DNA of 62,966 nt, counting the filler, from Octopus bimaculoides (taxonomy: Eukaryota), in NCBI RefSeq assembly GCF_001194135.2. It is 7 parts of 7 records of this genome, joined end to end, with 100 filler letters (N's around TTAATTAATTAA, not from the genome) between each part and the next. Parts side by side here need not be neighbours in the genome. Positions count along the whole stretch, not along the records: positions 58,231 to 62,966 come from NC_068991.1; 6 more parts are not named here. One strand, written 5' to 3'. Position numbers and translations under genes: made by a program. The notes under the pieces are model-generated. The model was not told the origin of the DNA. It was given only the letters and a program-made list of their open reading frames with translations, and did no database searches. Position 1 is the first letter of the stretch. Each line of letters opens with the position of its first letter. Shown one piece after another: positions 59,856 through 62,966 of this stretch.

Positions 59856-61088
59856 CCGTGTGCGGACAGTATTTGAGGACAGATTTTGGGTTTAAAAAAA
59901 CGCTTATATAACAGAAAAAATTGTATTTTTCATGAACATAGCATAAACATAAAGCTAAATTATCAATTTAGTAATTACATTCAATAAAACTACCATAAGC
60001 ATCAATAACTGCCACTACGCGGCGGGTTCGGAATCGTTTACAAGCTCTGATTAAGTGGTCCTTGTTCATATCGGACATGTGTCGAACTATGGCGGCTTTC
60101 AAAAAATCTTTGTTACTATGGGATGTTTATTGACATTTTTCTGAACGATGCTCCGTACATAGTAGTCCAGTGGATTGAAACTTGGAGGATTAGGAGGCCA
60201 AATGCTGGGGGTGATGTGATCATGCAAATTGTCGGCCGTCCATTCTTGTGTCATTTGAACTTTGTATGATAGTGCAGAATCTTGTTGAAAAACATAAGGC
60301 TTTCCGTTGCATACTCTGTTGATCCAAGGCTTAACAACTTTATCCAGAACCTCAAAATACGCAGCAGCATTCACCCTAAGGCCCTGTGGAAAAAGTGCTA
60401 ACAACACCCAAAACCATGACACTTGCAAGAAATTTTGTGTGCATTACTCTTAGAACGTTAGAAGGGTGTGCACATAGCCGTCTGTCGTTTCTTCTGTTAG
60501 TTTTCTGGTCCTGGTCAAAGTTTTTCTCATCTGAGAAAAACTAAATCACACCATCTTCTGATGGATTTTTAAGTTTGTTCAAAAGTCTTTTCATATCAGA
60601 AAAAAAACAAAAGAAAACCGTTTAATTATATCCAAAAGACTTTTGAACAGACATGAATTGACCTCTCCTCATCACGTAAGATGACTTCATGCACAACATT
60701 TCTGATTGTTTTTTCTGACACACGAAATTTTTTTGCACTTGACCATATTGATTTTCCTGGATTTTCTTCAATGATTTGTTTAACTTCCTGAATAAATTCT
60801 GATAGAATCAGAGCATTTGGAATGTTTTTTTTTACGTTTTCATACATGTAATACGCTTCCATTTTCTTTCAAATCTTGCGGACAAAAGATCTTGCAACTT
60901 TCAGAAAACGAGAAATTTCTAAACCACCTTGCTTATCCTTCAAAGCCACAATCACAGCATGCCTTTTCTTTTCATTAGTAAGTATAGGGCCTGTCATTAT
61001 TATTTTCTGAAATAGAAGTTCAATAAAAATTAGTCAAATAAAATAATGACTAAAAATGCATGCGTCCTCAAATATCGTCCTCACCTTG
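59856..61088 (-). mobile_element. maT/DD37D-type Tc1/mariner transposon, full-length, inactivated
   Basis: Imperfect TIRs CCGTGTGCGGACAGTATTTGAGGAC / GTCCTCAAATATCGTCCTCACCTTG with TA flanks; GLRVNAAAYFEVL..VVKPWI...PYVFQQDSA...WPPNPPSFNPLDYYV...LKAAI...LIRACKRFR. Confidence 0.9.
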
Positions 61089-61194
61089 TATATAATGGAG
61101 TATAGATTAAGGCTGATTTTGCACGCACGCATATATACATGTGTGTGTGCGTGTGTGTGTGAGTGTATTGGATTCCGAAATACCGAGTCGAACA

Positions 61195-61335
61195 AATAAC
61201 CCCAGTACTTATTTTAAAGCCTGGTATTTATTCTATTGGATTTTTTGCCGAACCGCTAGGCTTCGGGAATATAAACAAAGTAACACCAATTGTCAAGCGG
61301 TGTGGAGGTGGTGTGCAAACACAGACACACAGACA
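61195..61335 (-). mobile_element. SINE family A, 3' half fragment
   Basis: CCCAGTACTTATTTTAAAGCCTGGTATTTATTCTAT...GCCGAACCGCTA...TGTCAAGCG matches the 31090-31215 copy. Confidence 0.75.
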
Positions 61336-61734
61336 CAGACACACAAACACAGACACACACAGACATACACACACACATACACATACACACAAACATTCAA
61401 ACATATACATACATACAGTTATACAAACGAGCGGTCGCACACATACACACACACATGCGAACACATACACACACATACACACAAACATACAAACATGTAC
61501 ACATATTAAGGTAATACAAGTGAGTGGTCGCAAACACACACACACACACACGCACGCACGCACGCACACACACACTCAGACACACATGTGAGCACACACA
61601 CACTCAGACACACATGTGAGCACACACACATACACACAAACATGCAAACATATATATACATACATACATACAATTATACAAACCAGCGGTCGCAGATACA
61701 CACACAAACACACTCGCGCGCGCGAATACATGGG

Positions 61735-61787
<53 letters not shown>

Positions 61788-61790
61788 CAA
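61335..61790. repeat. (CA)-rich tract with three GCGGTCGC-type units and a 26 bp tandem duplication
   Basis: ACAAACGAGCGGTCGC, ACAAGTGAGTGGTCGC, ACAAACCAGCGGTCGC; CACACACACTCAGACACACATGTGAG twice. Confidence 0.75.
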
Positions 61791-62206
61791 CCCCGATTTA
61801 TACGGCTTCGAATAACGTGGTTTTCAAATCAACCAAGTTTATAAATTGACTTCAAAGTACGAAACCAGAGCACATACATACATATGTATGTACTCTGATT
61901 TCGTACTTTCTGTCTCTCTCACACAACGCACGCGCGCACACACGTATATGTATATACATAGGTAAGATATAAGTTAGAGGTTAATGTAACCATCTAAGGA
62001 ATAGATGTATCCAAAGGTGCTCCTGGTATTACCTCAGTATGTATGGTCTTTGTCATAAGGTATATGGTAGTAGGTAATTTAAAAGGTAAAACCGTGGTTT
62101 AATATATATAAAAACGATAAGAAATGGAGCGATAATAACAGTTAGAAGTAGATCATTGGTGTTTTAAATTCATTTAATAACATTGAGAGATACATAATAA
62201 GAGTAG

Positions 62207-62881
62207 AAATCGTCTTACCAGAAAATTTGTGTACTCAAATTAGCGAGATGCCAGATGTTTACGAGCTAGACAAATGAAAATAAATAAATATAGCACTTAA
62301 TGTCATACCTTAAGGTTTCGACATGAGCAATTTAATAATTGTCTGTATCTCCTCAGTGAAATCGGTGCTGACACAACAATGGAATAGGATACCACCCGTC
62401 TCTGTAAGAGGATACGCATGTATAGTTTCAATATCATGTGTCTTAACCTCATTTCAAACGCCCTTAAGGTATGGAATTAAGTATGCTGACCACTGGTTGA
62501 AACTGTTATTATTTAATACCATTAATTTCAACTCTTATTATTTAATTTCAAATATCTGTGTTCTCTAACCAGTTGATTTACAGCTAAATATTATTCATTG
62601 CAGTTATTTTTTGGCTGAGCATGCTAGTACGAGAGCGTTTGAATTGAAGTTAAGATACATGATATTGGGACTCTATACATATCCTCTCACGGAGACGGGT
62701 GGTGTCCACTAAAATTGTTCTGTCAGCACTGATTTCACTGAGGAGACACAAACAATTATTAAATTGTTCATGTCGAAAGGTATGGAGTTAGGTGGTATAT
62801 TTATTTCTCTTCATTTGTCTAGCTAGTACAAATCTAGCGTCTTGTTAATTTGAGAACACAGATTTCGTGGTAAGACGGTTT
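62207..62881. mobile_element. Long inverted-repeat (fold-back) element, ~255 bp arms, ~170 bp spacer
   Basis: 62207-62463 aligns to the reverse complement of 62632-62881 (for example TTTCGACATGA.CAATTTAATAATTG, TCTCCTCAGTGAAATC.GTGCTGACA, CCACCCGTCTC); roughly 80-85 percent by eye. Confidence 0.88.
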
Positions 62882-62927
62882 GATGTCTATTTTTAGCCTA
62901 CAAGGGATTCACTTAGTGGTATCTCCT

Positions 62928-62966
<39 letters not shown>

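Overview
Eukaryotic, AT-rich, microsatellite- and transposon-saturated DNA. The SINE families and repeat style point to an octopus genome (inference, not verified by search). The window has many N gaps and six artificial scaffold linkers (44 N + TTAATTAATTAA + 44 N), so order and orientation across those joins are uncertain. Almost every ORF in the supplied track is microsatellite, N-run or decayed transposon. The one host gene I can support is on the minus strand: four phase-compatible coding exons (30635-30483, 23342-23171, 17511-17405, 14857-14688) spell a signal peptide plus one complete, divergent fasciclin (FAS1) domain, 200 codons and open at the 3' end. The rest is a TE archive: tRNA-derived SINEs of three kinds; RTE, CR1, Tx1/L1 and R4/Dong LINE pieces; Penelope-like elements; Helitron and hAT fragments; full-length decayed Tigger and maT elements; mariner fragments; a piggyBac-type MITE; and several fold-back elements. 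Best leads: (1) a SINE that shares its 3' tail with a Tx1-like LINE in the window and repeatedly abuts truncated SINE heads, suggesting SINE-targeted insertion; (2) a 4 kb CpG-rich, strictly purine/pyrimidine-alternating palindromic satellite; (3) many long inverted repeats, several inside the FAS1 pre-mRNA. No rRNA, true tRNA or CRISPR array is supported. All translations and alignments were done by eye, and TE boundaries are approximate unless TIR/TSD positions are given.
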